Source of the DNA: a virus
DNA: 64,000 bases
IMG/VR virus record: IMGVR_UViG_3300029822_000001
Span: 58,968 to 122,967 of that record
Strand: one strand, 5' to 3'
Part shown: positions 9,308 through 18,399 of the stretch, in pieces
Numbering within the stretch: the first letter of the stretch is position 1
Layout: every line of letters starts with the position of its first letter
Notes under the pieces: model-generated
Told to the model about the DNA's origin: nothing
Seen by the model: only the letters and a program-made list of their open reading frames with translations
Databases searched by the model: none
Made by a program: the position numbers and the translations under genes

Positions 9308-9695
9308 TCAGAGAAGTTTCATCAGAATTTTTATCTTTTTCTAGTTCACCAAGCTTTTCCTTAAGTTCCTTCTTGGCCTTTTCCATAAGAGCCTTGCGTG
9401 AATTCTTAACTTCTTTTTCTGCTTCTTTCCATTGTTCTTCAGTAGCACCAAGCTTGTTAAGAAGCACTTGCATGATTTCGTCATCTTCTGCAACTTTATT
9501 GTACTGTTTTACTAATGGGTACGTAAGGATTTCATTTAATTCCATAATTTCCTTTAAGCTTACACGCTTATCTAAGTCTTTAATAGCTTTATCCTTTAAC
9601 GACTTGTCCGCATTAGGTACCTTGATGTATTCTCTGTAGGCATTAAGAAGTTCTTCTTTGCTCATTTTGTTTTGTGTACTCATATTATTAATCAT
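9279..9695 (-). CDS. hypothetical coiled-coil protein
   Basis: ORF with AAGGAG RBS, ATGA overlap. Confidence 0.65.
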   Translation of the reverse strand: MINNMSTQNKMSKEELLNAYREYIKVPNADKSLKDKAIKDLDKRVSLKEIMELNEILTYPLVKQYNKVAEDDEIMQVLLNKLGATEEQWKEAEKEVKNSRKALMEKAKKELKEKLGELEKDKNSDETSLSGMDKKDSE

Positions 9696-10015
9696 TCTCC
9701 TTCAGTTTTTTCTTTAGCTAATTCTGTGATTCTTTGTTGAATGTACTCTGCATCTTTCATACTTAGTACACCCTTTCCCACAAGGGTTGCTACTATTTCA
9801 CCGATGCTATCCATTGTGATTGACACACAGTCTTGAGTAAATTTACTCTGTTGAGACATTAACTCAGATAATAAAAGGTAGGCTTCATCATAAGTTACCT
9901 TATCACTGTTATGTTGTGTAATTTCTTCATGTGGTAAATTTCCCTTAAGTTCTACCTTACGTCTAATACGATAGTAGTCAGCAAACCCGACTGCTGAGGC
10001 GTGGTTGATATCCAA
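9692..10015 (-). CDS. hypothetical protein
   Basis: TTG start with AAGGGGG RBS. Confidence 0.6.
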   Translation of the reverse strand: MDINHASAVGFADYYRIRRKVELKGNLPHEEITQHNSDKVTYDEAYLLLSELMSQQSKFTQDCVSITMDSIGEIVATLVGKGVLSMKDAEYIQQRITELAKEKTEGE

Positions 10016-10093
10016 AGTGAACCCCCCTTATATCAGTTTATATTTATATTTTACCACATCCTTGTGCTAATTTTGGGTTTCTCTAGTTGGACT

Positions 10094-10128
10094 AAAAAAA
10101 GGTAGGTGCCTTTAAGCACTTACCTTTT
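10094..10128 (-). terminator. intrinsic terminator
   Basis: AAAAGGTAAGTGC/GCACCTACCTTTTTTT hairpin. Confidence 0.7.
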
Positions 10129-10146
10129 AATTTATTACCTTATATC

Positions 10147-10356
10147 TTATGAAATCAACTTACGATAATCGCTAAGTCCCTTTAACAGGCCAATGAGTAC
10201 TGAAGCGGTTTTCCGGTCAATATCTTCATAGGTGTCAATACCCAGTGCTGGTAACAAAACAGACAAAGGAGATGATTCTGGTAATACAACTTGTTTGTAA
10301 TCTTCGTTAAGACTATTAAGAAAGTCTAATTGCTTTTCACTTGCTTTATTATTCAT
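10147..10356 (-). CDS. small hypothetical protein
   Basis: AAGGGGA RBS; ASEKQLDFL motif. Confidence 0.6.
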   Translation of the reverse strand: MNNKASEKQLDFLNSLNEDYKQVVLPESSPLSVLLPALGIDTYEDIDRKTASVLIGLLKGLSDYRKLIS

Positions 10357-10368
10357 GCTTTTATCCCC

Positions 10369-11163
10369 TTACTTTGAAAAGATTGATTTAATGTCTGACC
10401 ACAACTTAGGTTCAGCTCCACTAACGCTGGTATGCCATACTGAGTAAAAACGACCATAAATAGCAGAAGCAAAGTACATAAGAGTACTTACTAACATAGC
10501 AGGAGCAGCTGCACTGTATCCTTGACGTAAAGCCCAAGCCCAAAGAACTACATTAGCGATATCTTCAAGGAACCATAGCGTATACGTTTGGGTATAGTGT
10601 TTAAAGCAAAGGAAGGAAGCTGTAGCACCTAAAGCAAGAACTAAGGCATCTGGAACTGGAGCAGGGTCTTGCATGACTTTAATGCTTAAAATTTCGTACA
10701 GGACAAACCATGAAGCTAGTACTGTAACTGTAACTAACAACCAGCCCTTAAGTCCCATAGTACGTACCTTGGTATTCATATTCTGTCCCCAAGTACGCCA
10801 AGTCATCATCAAAGGTAAATCAATCAAGGCTACAAAAATAACTTGGTCAAGACAACTTGCCCAGTGTCCCACAGAGGCGTTTACCCAAATAAAACCAATT
10901 GCAGACACCAATCCTAGTAATCCATTAACTGTCTTACCTACCGCCATAGCAGAACAACATAGCAACCCAATCAATGTTGCCAATAAAGTAACCGTAGATA
11001 AAACAGTCACAGCACCTGTTGCTAAGTACACATGTAGTTGCCACCCTAATCCAAAGAACCAGATTGCCCATGGAGCTAAGGACCAACCCTTAAACTCACT
11101 CTTTAACCATTGCCAATAGGTTCCTGTAAACTTACTTGCTTCTGTTAACTTATTACTATCCAT
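10369..11163 (-). CDS. pnuC: PnuC-family nucleoside (nicotinamide riboside-type) transporter
   Basis: Multiple TM helices, PVPDAL...LWFLEDIANVVLW...YG; start at ATG 11163 inferred from RBS and promoter position. Confidence 0.8.
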   Translation of the reverse strand: MDSNKLTEASKFTGTYWQWLKSEFKGWSLAPWAIWFFGLGWQLHVYLATGAVTVLSTVTLLATLIGLLCCSAMAVGKTVNGLLGLVSAIGFIWVNASVGHWASCLDQVIFVALIDLPLMMTWRTWGQNMNTKVRTMGLKGWLLVTVTVLASWFVLYEILSIKVMQDPAPVPDALVLALGATASFLCFKHYTQTYTLWFLEDIANVVLWAWALRQGYSAAAPAMLVSTLMYFASAIYGRFYSVWHTSVSGAEPKLWSDIKSIFSK

Positions 11164-11204
11164 TACAATTATGACTTCCTTTTTCTTTATTTGGTACATT
11201 AGTT

Positions 11205-11233
11205 ATATTACTACTTAATCCTAAGAGTGTCAA
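11205..11233 (-). promoter_or_regulatory. sigma-A promoter for pnuC
   Basis: TTGACA-17nt-TAATAT. Confidence 0.55.
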
Positions 11234-11235
11234 GA

Positions 11236-11979
11236 CTAAATAATAGCCTTCAATGGTAATTCAGTTTGCCCTTCAGTTACCTCTCGTTTACCTTTTAATT
11301 CTAGTACTTCATCTGGATGTAGTAACCCAATTTGTCTCATCTTTTCCTCAACTAAGTCAAAAACAGTATTACGGTCACTCTCTGAATTAACAAAATCGTA
11401 CATATCTCGGTCAATGCGCAGTACCTGTGCCTGTGGGTGCCCTTGATACCAATCCTTGTACGTTTTGTTAACTGAGTTATAGTAGTCAACTAATCCAGAA
11501 TCCTTAGTTACATCTTCCATTCCTCTACCCCGACTTTGAATCTCTTCAATTTCATGCTGTGGGTCAATATCAAGGTAGATAATTAAATCCGGGTAGGCAG
11601 TATCAGGAGTACCATTAACATTAGACTGCATTTCATTGTTCAAAGCCAAGTACACATTATAAGATGATTCATCCATTTCACCCCGTCGGTACAAATTAGA
11701 AGCCATCAAATAATCTGAAAGTAGGTTGGAGTCTAGCAGAGCGTTACGCTGAGTAACTGCTTTCTTAAGCTGCTTGTACCGTACAGTTAAAAAAGCCACT
11801 TGTAACATAGCAGACACTTGCTTACGACTATCGGCACCTGCATGATAAAAAGTTTGCAACATATTACTTACTAACCCATTATCAATATCTTCTAAGTAAT
11901 AAGGTGTACCAAGTTCCCCTGCTAACATCTTAGTTAGTGTTGTTTTACCCGCCGAAATTGACCCAATAATATAAATCAT
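11236..11979 (-). CDS. deoxynucleoside kinase
   Basis: P-loop GSISAGKTT, LQVAFL..R, PDLIIYLD, lid IQSRGRGME. Confidence 0.88.
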   Translation of the reverse strand: MIYIIGSISAGKTTLTKMLAGELGTPYYLEDIDNGLVSNMLQTFYHAGADSRKQVSAMLQVAFLTVRYKQLKKAVTQRNALLDSNLLSDYLMASNLYRRGEMDESSYNVYLALNNEMQSNVNGTPDTAYPDLIIYLDIDPQHEIEEIQSRGRGMEDVTKDSGLVDYYNSVNKTYKDWYQGHPQAQVLRIDRDMYDFVNSESDRNTVFDLVEEKMRQIGLLHPDEVLELKGKREVTEGQTELPLKAII

Positions 11980-12073
11980 ACTTTTCCTTCTTTTCTATTT
12001 TCTATTTTCTTTTGTTATTATATCATACCAGGTATTGTGTCTTGCCTATACGTTAGCTACCTATAGTTGTGTC

Positions 12074-13135
12074 TTATACGGATAACAACTTGTTTCTAAT
12101 CTGATTATACATAGTTAAAGGTTGACGAGTATCTAGCAAGCTACGGCTACCAGACACTCCCAAGTCATTAATGTCTTTACCATCTTTTTCCTTGTACACT
12201 ATAGATAGCTTAGCATCTGGTACCCCACTACTCTTTAATCGGTAGTAAAGCTTAGTTGCTTCTTCATCTGCGTCATCGTCCAAAAATACGATTATCTCTT
12301 TAACTTTGTCAACGTACTCTGCTATTAAATGTACTTGGGTATCAGTAATCTGTTTCCCATACGTGGCAACTCCAGAGTACCCATCAACCTGGTCGATTGT
12401 TAGAGCATTAAATACACCTTCACAAATAACTAGATTCTTATCTACTACTCTACCATTTAGATTAAAGACAACATTCTTTTTAGAGTACTCTGTTTCACTC
12501 CCAGAGGCATTAAAAGTTTTGATATAGGGGTTTCTCTCAATACTTCTGGTGTTCCAGTATAAAGGAACATGGTAGTCGTTAAAGGTAAAGAACACTAGAC
12601 TATTCTCTAAACGAATAGTAGTACCTGTAGAAGTAACGGCTACTCCCTCGGTAACATAACTAATTACATTTTCTTCAATCTGTTCAAGACTAACCCCACG
12701 ACCTTTCAGGTAGTTAAAAAAGGGTATCGCTTCAGGATTACTATAATTAGCCATTAAAGGATGTACATTAGAAGGAACCGGAGGCATTGTATAATGAATT
12801 GGTACAACTTTCTTACTTTGCTCTAAGGATACTAATTTTTCCATTAGTAAGTCCTTGGTAACCATAATATCTGAATTTAACTCATAGTTACCGTCTCGAA
12901 TAACCTCTTGTGCTTCTCTAGTAGAACAGTGGTACAAATCACATACTAAATCAATAACTGACTTGCCATGGATAGAACAGTGCTGGCAATAATACTTACC
13001 CTCTCTACTAACGTATAACTTTTGCTTAGTTTCTCCACAAGAAAAGCAGTTAAAACGAACGTCTCCTCTAGTCCCCGGCTTGCAACGCTGGTTAAGAAGA
13101 GACTGAACGGTCTTTTGAGTACTACTTAGGGACAT
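12074..13135 (-). CDS. DNA primase
   Basis: Zn finger CFSC...CQHC; TOPRIM ICEGVFNA and FLDDDA; KDIND. Confidence 0.9.
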   Translation of the reverse strand: MSLSSTQKTVQSLLNQRCKPGTRGDVRFNCFSCGETKQKLYVSREGKYYCQHCSIHGKSVIDLVCDLYHCSTREAQEVIRDGNYELNSDIMVTKDLLMEKLVSLEQSKKVVPIHYTMPPVPSNVHPLMANYSNPEAIPFFNYLKGRGVSLEQIEENVISYVTEGVAVTSTGTTIRLENSLVFFTFNDYHVPLYWNTRSIERNPYIKTFNASGSETEYSKKNVVFNLNGRVVDKNLVICEGVFNALTIDQVDGYSGVATYGKQITDTQVHLIAEYVDKVKEIIVFLDDDADEEATKLYYRLKSSGVPDAKLSIVYKEKDGKDINDLGVSGSRSLLDTRQPLTMYNQIRNKLLSV

Positions 13136-13145
13136 GCAATAATCG

Positions 13146-13305
13146 CTGCTACAATAAACTTATAAAATATTACTAATATAAGTCTAATTTCCTGTTTCTT
13201 CCTGTCCCCGTTCTACTATTAGATTAGTAATAGCTACTTAGGTTTGTATGACAGTCCACAAGCGTAAATTCCTGTCTAGCCAACAGTACATATTTAAGCA
13301 GTAGT
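13146..13305 (-). ncRNA. probable omega-RNA scaffold of the 13306-14517 TnpB
   Basis: 160-nt non-coding structured region directly 3' of tnpB. Confidence 0.55.
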
Positions 13306-14517
13306 TTAATAGGCTAACTTAAATTTGGAAGTAATACAAATATTCTCACTAGCATTAATGTCTCTATCTAAAACAGACCCACAATTGGGACAAGCCCACT
13401 TTCTTACTTTAAGAAACTTTTGGCCCATATTCCTAAACTCTTCATTGTAGAATCCACATTGAGAACATGTCTTAGAGCTAGGATAAAATCTATCTACCAA
13501 GTGTACTGGTATTCCTAACCATTGACACTTATTAACTAGTCTAACCCGAAATCTGTAGAACTTCTGTTGCTGAACTTGCTTAGCTAAATGGTGATTTTTA
13601 AGCATTCCACTAACGTTTAAATCCTCTATTGCTATATATTGTGGCTTGGTTCTCACCACATCGGCAATAATTTTATCCTGATAATCGTTTAAGACATTAG
13701 CGATTCTTCCATTTAGCTTAAGAATTTTATCTTGTGTATCTGACAGGTTGAAATCAGTAGTAGCTCTCCTCTCATATTTGTTTTCTTTCAGTCTTTGTTT
13801 ATAGTCCTGATACTGACGGGACTCTTTTCTTTGTAATCTTCTTAACCTTTTCCTAAGCCTTTTTAATCTAGCAGACTTGTTAAGGTTCTTATAGACTGTA
13901 CCCTTATTTAATATGGCAAAGTCTTTAATACCCAAATCTACTCCAATAGCTTCTCCAGTAAGGTTAAGTTTACTAAAATCTGGTTGCTCTACTAGAGCAG
14001 TTAAATAGTATCTACCCGCTCTCTCTTTTATTCTACCAGAAATAATTCTAAAATCGTCACCTACTGGAATATACCCCTGCTCTTTATATCTAACAAACCC
14101 TATCTTAGGCAACTTTATTCGATATTTATCGTACCTAACAGGTTGAGACTTACTATTAGCACAAAAGTAATAAGAACCTTGATGCTTTCTAAGACTTCTA
14201 AATTTAGGTTTTCCTCTTATGTGCCTAAAGAATGCTTTCATGTTGGTATCAGCATCTATCATAGCTTGCTTAACATGTTTAGCATAATAATCCTTTATCC
14301 ATAAATCACTAGGATTATCCTTTAAGTATTGATTATTAAACCAAGTAGAAAAAGTGTAAGCACTCATATATGATTTGGAATCATGCGTTTCTCGGTAGTT
14401 TTTATTGTTTACTTCGAGAAACTTATTGTAAACCCAACGACTAACACCGATATAAGAATTAATCTGCCACTTTTGAGCCTTATTTAGTTTTAATTCAACT
14501 TTATAGGTTATTTGCAT
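13306..14517 (-). CDS. tnpB: RNA-guided endonuclease TnpB
   Basis: GVDLG, IEDL, CSQC...CPNC, DRDINAS. Confidence 0.93.
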   Translation of the reverse strand: MQITYKVELKLNKAQKWQINSYIGVSRWVYNKFLEVNNKNYRETHDSKSYMSAYTFSTWFNNQYLKDNPSDLWIKDYYAKHVKQAMIDADTNMKAFFRHIRGKPKFRSLRKHQGSYYFCANSKSQPVRYDKYRIKLPKIGFVRYKEQGYIPVGDDFRIISGRIKERAGRYYLTALVEQPDFSKLNLTGEAIGVDLGIKDFAILNKGTVYKNLNKSARLKRLRKRLRRLQRKESRQYQDYKQRLKENKYERRATTDFNLSDTQDKILKLNGRIANVLNDYQDKIIADVVRTKPQYIAIEDLNVSGMLKNHHLAKQVQQQKFYRFRVRLVNKCQWLGIPVHLVDRFYPSSKTCSQCGFYNEEFRNMGQKFLKVRKWACPNCGSVLDRDINASENICITSKFKLAY

Positions 14518-14566
14518 TTAAAAGCATCCCTAACCTTTTTCTTATGGTAAACTCTACTGGTTTCAT
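14509..14566 (-). pseudogene. probable relic of IS607 serine-recombinase tnpA (start joined to end)
   Basis: GAGGTGA RBS + ATG MKPVEF joined out of frame to KKKVRDAFKCK* overlapping the tnpB start. Confidence 0.4.
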
Positions 14567-14580
14567 TCTATCACCTCACC

Positions 14581-14599
14581 TATATATATATATATATAT
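14581..14599. repeat. (TA)9 microsatellite
   Basis: tatatatatatatatatat between promoter and RBS. Confidence 0.9.
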
Positions 14600-14613
14600 T
14601 ATAACATAACAAT

Positions 14614-14642
14614 ATTATATAATATATCGCAGAATCTGTCAA
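14614..14642 (-). promoter_or_regulatory. consensus sigma-A promoter
   Basis: TTGACA-17nt-TATAAT. Confidence 0.8.
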
Positions 14643-14660
14643 ATTTTTATAGGTAATTAG

Positions 14661-15344
14661 TTACTGTTGCTTATCTCTTTCTTTCAACACTTTTTCTTTA
14701 TAGAAGTCCATTCGGTAAACCGTACCAAAAACAGGTAACATCCGGCTATCTTCTTCAGATAACCCATAAAGAACCTCATTACGCATCAAAGAGTTCATTG
14801 GCTCATACATACTAATACCCTTATCTTGACGATACTTCAAGTATTTTGTTTCCCAGAATTGACTGATAAGTCCTTCATTGAATTTAATATCTTCCATTGA
14901 GAAACTTGGGTTTAACCAGGTATGAAATCCTAGCTTCTCCATTGTATCACAAGCTGCATAATTATACTCACCCATAAGGGTAAATGTAGATTCATCTGTA
15001 ACTGGATTGTACAACTCCTTGAGAAAAATTGGAGCTCCTTCTTTAAGGCTTTTAAATGAATCGGCTACCTTCTTAGGAGCCAAGGGGTCTATCTTTAACG
15101 CTAGGGTAGAATAGTTGGTTAAAAAGGAGTAATCCAGGTACATGTACAAAGGGTACCAATAAATTGCTGAAGATACCGCTGCTGGTAAAAATTCAGTGCC
15201 ACTGTTTTCCGGTGTCCGACAGGTTAAAGCAATCTTTTCTACACCATCCTCAATGTATGCAGTAGTTTTCATATTGTTGGTTGCTCCTGGGTCTACTTCT
15301 TGATTCTTTCTGATATAAATATTATCTAACACTTGTAATACCAT
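14661..15344 (-). CDS. hypothetical protein between SbcC and primase
   Basis: ORF overlapping sbcC stop; position conserved in Twort-like phages. Confidence 0.65.
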   Translation of the reverse strand: MVLQVLDNIYIRKNQEVDPGATNNMKTTAYIEDGVEKIALTCRTPENSGTEFLPAAVSSAIYWYPLYMYLDYSFLTNYSTLALKIDPLAPKKVADSFKSLKEGAPIFLKELYNPVTDESTFTLMGEYNYAACDTMEKLGFHTWLNPSFSMEDIKFNEGLISQFWETKYLKYRQDKGISMYEPMNSLMRNEVLYGLSEEDSRMLPVFGTVYRMDFYKEKVLKERDKQQ

Positions 15345-17211
15345 CCTTTTTTTCTAGTACTAAGGACTTTTCAAATAGTCCTTTAAGTTCTTCGCTATGA
15401 GAAACAACAAAAATTGTTCCTACTTTTTTTACCCGCTTATTAAGCAACGACATAACGGCTTCACAACCTTCTTCATCTAAGTTTTCAAACACTTCATCGT
15501 AAAAAAGTACATTAACATATGTTGACTTACTTAGCACATAGTCTTGCAAAGCTAAAGAGATAGCTAAATTAATCCGTTTCTTTTCACCAGAACTATTCAA
15601 GTCATACTTTCCACCACCAATAGTATTATCAACATTAACTGTCATTGTATCGGATACGGTACCCTTTTTAGTAGTCGTCGTTGTACTAATGTTTGCATTT
15701 ACAGTACCATTAGATAGCACTGATAAATAATCTGCAATGTGTTCATTTAAGAAAGGTACAATCAAGTCCATAACATGACTTTTAACTCCTTTGTTACTAA
15801 ATACATCACTTACTTCCTTTAATACCTGATACTGACTTTTAACCTTAAGATACTCCTTATTAACGGTAGCCAGTTCCTCTTTAGCTTGTTTAATACTAGC
15901 TACTATCTCTCTGTCATCAAGATACGTACTGTAAGATTCAATTGTACCTTGCAGGTTATCCCGTCTCCGAATTAATTCCTTATGCTTATTTAAATCAGAA
16001 GTCAATTCATCAATCTTGTCAGTTACCTCTTGTACCTTTTTGAGTACTTCTTGATTTTTACTTTGAAGTTCTTGGTTATGCTGCTTGGCTTCCTCCAAAG
16101 ACTTCTTAGCTGGAAGATACTTTTCTTTTATCTGTCCAAGTTCCTGCTTAGCTTGATTAATTAAATCTAATTCCTGTTGTCCCTGTTGCTTAAGATGTTC
16201 TAATTCAACCTTCTTATGTTTCTCGTCTAGTACCTGTCCACATAAGGAACATATCCCGTGTTTCTCGTTTATAATCTGCTGATAAGTATTTAGTAATTCT
16301 TTGTACTTTGAAATGTACGAATTTAACATACTCTTAGTACTCATAGCATTACTCTTATAGTCATTAACTTGGGTATCCATTAGATAAGTATCTACTAGAG
16401 ATACCTTGGTATGAGATAGTGTATTACGAGTGTTTACTAAGTCTTGTATTACACTCTCATAGTTACCGTAGTCATGTTCTTTACTATCTGCTTCTATTTG
16501 CTTATTAAGGGACTCTTTAAGTGCCTTCGCTTCATCAGCCTTAGCTTTGTTCTGTTTATTTTTCTCCCGGGTACGAGCTAAGTTTCCTGTTTGTACCTCA
16601 ATAGTAGTCTCCAAAGGTGATTGCTGAAGCTTAATATCTGATAACTTCTTTTCTAGCTCTTGTATCTTATCCTTAGCAATATCATGAGCTTGCTGGTATA
16701 CAGAAATATTAGTAATATCCTCTAGTAACTCCTTACGTTCCTTATCAGTTGCACTAGAGAAACGATTAACAGCTTGACCCCCAAAGAAAATTGAGTTCAT
16801 ATAAGATTGAAAACTAATCCCTACAATACTCTCAATCAGAGTGTCATTATCCTTATTAGTAGGCTTACTAATTTCTTCTCCATCTACATAAACAAGTACT
16901 TTATTTTTGTACTTTTTATCCTTACGATACCGTGCAACCTTATAGCTATGACCTTCCTTGTCAAAAGTTAAGATAACACTGGTATCCTTACCTACTTTGT
17001 TATTAACAACATCGTCAGAAGAGTGGCCTTCTGCATTTTTACCATATAAGGCATAAGCAATAGCACCTAAAAAACTACTTTTTCCTGCACCATTGTTACC
17101 ACCTGTATCTAAATTTTTACCAACGACCAGTACAACGCCTTGGTTACTTAGGTTATACTCAATATGTCCAATACTTTGATAGTTGTTTATCTCCAGCGTC
17201 TTAAAATCCAA
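15322..17211 (-). CDS. sbcC: SbcC/Rad50-like recombination ATPase
   Basis: Walker A NGAGKS, coiled coil, Zn hook CSLC, signature SSGEKKR, Walker B FYDE, VSH. Confidence 0.92.
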   Translation of the reverse strand: MDFKTLEINNYQSIGHIEYNLSNQGVVLVVGKNLDTGGNNGAGKSSFLGAIAYALYGKNAEGHSSDDVVNNKVGKDTSVILTFDKEGHSYKVARYRKDKKYKNKVLVYVDGEEISKPTNKDNDTLIESIVGISFQSYMNSIFFGGQAVNRFSSATDKERKELLEDITNISVYQQAHDIAKDKIQELEKKLSDIKLQQSPLETTIEVQTGNLARTREKNKQNKAKADEAKALKESLNKQIEADSKEHDYGNYESVIQDLVNTRNTLSHTKVSLVDTYLMDTQVNDYKSNAMSTKSMLNSYISKYKELLNTYQQIINEKHGICSLCGQVLDEKHKKVELEHLKQQGQQELDLINQAKQELGQIKEKYLPAKKSLEEAKQHNQELQSKNQEVLKKVQEVTDKIDELTSDLNKHKELIRRRDNLQGTIESYSTYLDDREIVASIKQAKEELATVNKEYLKVKSQYQVLKEVSDVFSNKGVKSHVMDLIVPFLNEHIADYLSVLSNGTVNANISTTTTTKKGTVSDTMTVNVDNTIGGGKYDLNSSGEKKRINLAISLALQDYVLSKSTYVNVLFYDEVFENLDEEGCEAVMSLLNKRVKKVGTIFVVSHSEELKGLFEKSLVLEKKDGITSVR

Positions 17212-17233
17212 GATTGTCCCTCCTTTGTATGAG

Positions 17234-17266
17234 AAAAGGATACCACAATAGGTATCCTTTTGTCAA
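17234..17266 (-). promoter_or_regulatory. hairpin (terminator-like) superimposed on a promoter-like sequence
   Basis: 11-bp arms AAAAGGATACC/GGTATCCTTTT; TTGACA-18nt-TATCCT. Confidence 0.5.
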
Positions 17267-17271
17267 CTATA

Positions 17272-18399
17272 TTATTGTTCCAATGCCTGGTGTAATACTT
17301 CTATCGCCTTTTTTGTCACTTCTTCAGATAACTCTTCATGCTTACAGTAAGCTGTAACTATTTCTTGCTCGCTAGCAGTACTTTTTATACCCAGTCTACT
17401 TTTAGTTTCCTGCTTTGGTTTATAATCAAAAGAGATATTATCCGCATTTTCTACCTCTTTAAAATCATCCATAACTTCCTTTTTACTAGTAACAATCCGT
17501 ACATAGTTATCCTTTTGAATATTCATTATTTCGTCACTACTCTTACTAGTTGTATCTAAGTTAATGACAATAAATTTAGGGGTTTCAATTGGTACAAATT
17601 CTTGTTCACCTGTAACTGTATCAACAATATCCATTCCTCGGTCAGCACCCCAACCATTGTCATCAATATCATTAAAGTTTAATTCAGTTAAGTCACCAGT
17701 GTACCGAGCAATCTTATTTCCTTCTTGTTTTAACACCTGACGTGTATGATAATGTCCTGCTAAGATACCAACAGTATTTGGATTATCCCATCCTAAATCA
17801 GTTAGATTAAAAGCTCCATCCAAACGATGACTCCATCGTCCTGATACTGAACCCTCTATACCTAAATGAGCAAATACTGTTAAAGGTTTACTAACATGTA
17901 CTAGCTTATCTTGAATATTCTGCTTAATCCCTTCAGTATCCTCTGAAAAAGGTACAAACATTAACTGACTATCTGGTAAGTCCTTTAAGGTAACTTCACT
18001 GTATACATGTATTGGATGGTCAGCAGTACCAAAATGATTAAAAATATCCACACTATTAGGCTCTGTGTACCGTCCTTGTTCATCATGGTTACCTACTACG
18101 ATGTACGTATTAAATCCCGCAGGCGTACCCTTAATAGCCTCTAACAAGCAGTTAATACCTTCCTGGTAAATAGTGGGACTCATAGAAGAACGACGATTAA
18201 AATAGTCCCCATTAATCACCATACCAGAACAGCCTTTAGTAACAGCTACTTGATACGCTTTACGGATACTGTCTAGTATAATCTGCATACGGGAACCATA
18301 GGACTTTCCCGGTACTGGCTTAGCATAATCAGCATAATCATCAATGTGCACATCAGCAATAACTGCTAATTTACTCATAATATACCCCTCCTTAGACAA
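17272..18399 (-). CDS. sbcD: SbcD/Mre11-like metallophosphoesterase nuclease
   Basis: ADVH, NGDYF, VGNHD, AH, GHYH motifs. Confidence 0.92.
   Translation of the reverse strand: MSKEGYIMSKLAVIADVHIDDYADYAKPVPGKSYGSRMQIILDSIRKAYQVAVTKGCSGMVINGDYFNRRSSMSPTIYQEGINCLLEAIKGTPAGFNTYIVVGNHDEQGRYTEPNSVDIFNHFGTADHPIHVYSEVTLKDLPDSQLMFVPFSEDTEGIKQNIQDKLVHVSKPLTVFAHLGIEGSVSGRWSHRLDGAFNLTDLGWDNPNTVGILAGHYHTRQVLKQEGNKIARYTGDLTELNFNDIDDNGWGADRGMDIVDTVTGEQEFVPIETPKFIVINLDTTSKSSDEIMNIQKDNYVRIVTSKKEVMDDFKEVENADNISFDYKPKQETKSRLGIKSTASEQEIVTAYCKHEELSEEVTKKAIEVLHQALEQ

Larger units (their letters stand above)
13146..14669 (-). mobile_element. IS607-like element with tnpB and internally deleted tnpA; boundaries inferred
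   Basis: Right end ...TGTAGCAG; AGC shared at both junctions; tnpA relic upstream of tnpB. Confidence 0.6.

Noticed and set aside
13146-14669. IStron (spliced IS element)
   Set aside because: The right end finishes in CAG but no group I core is visible at the left end
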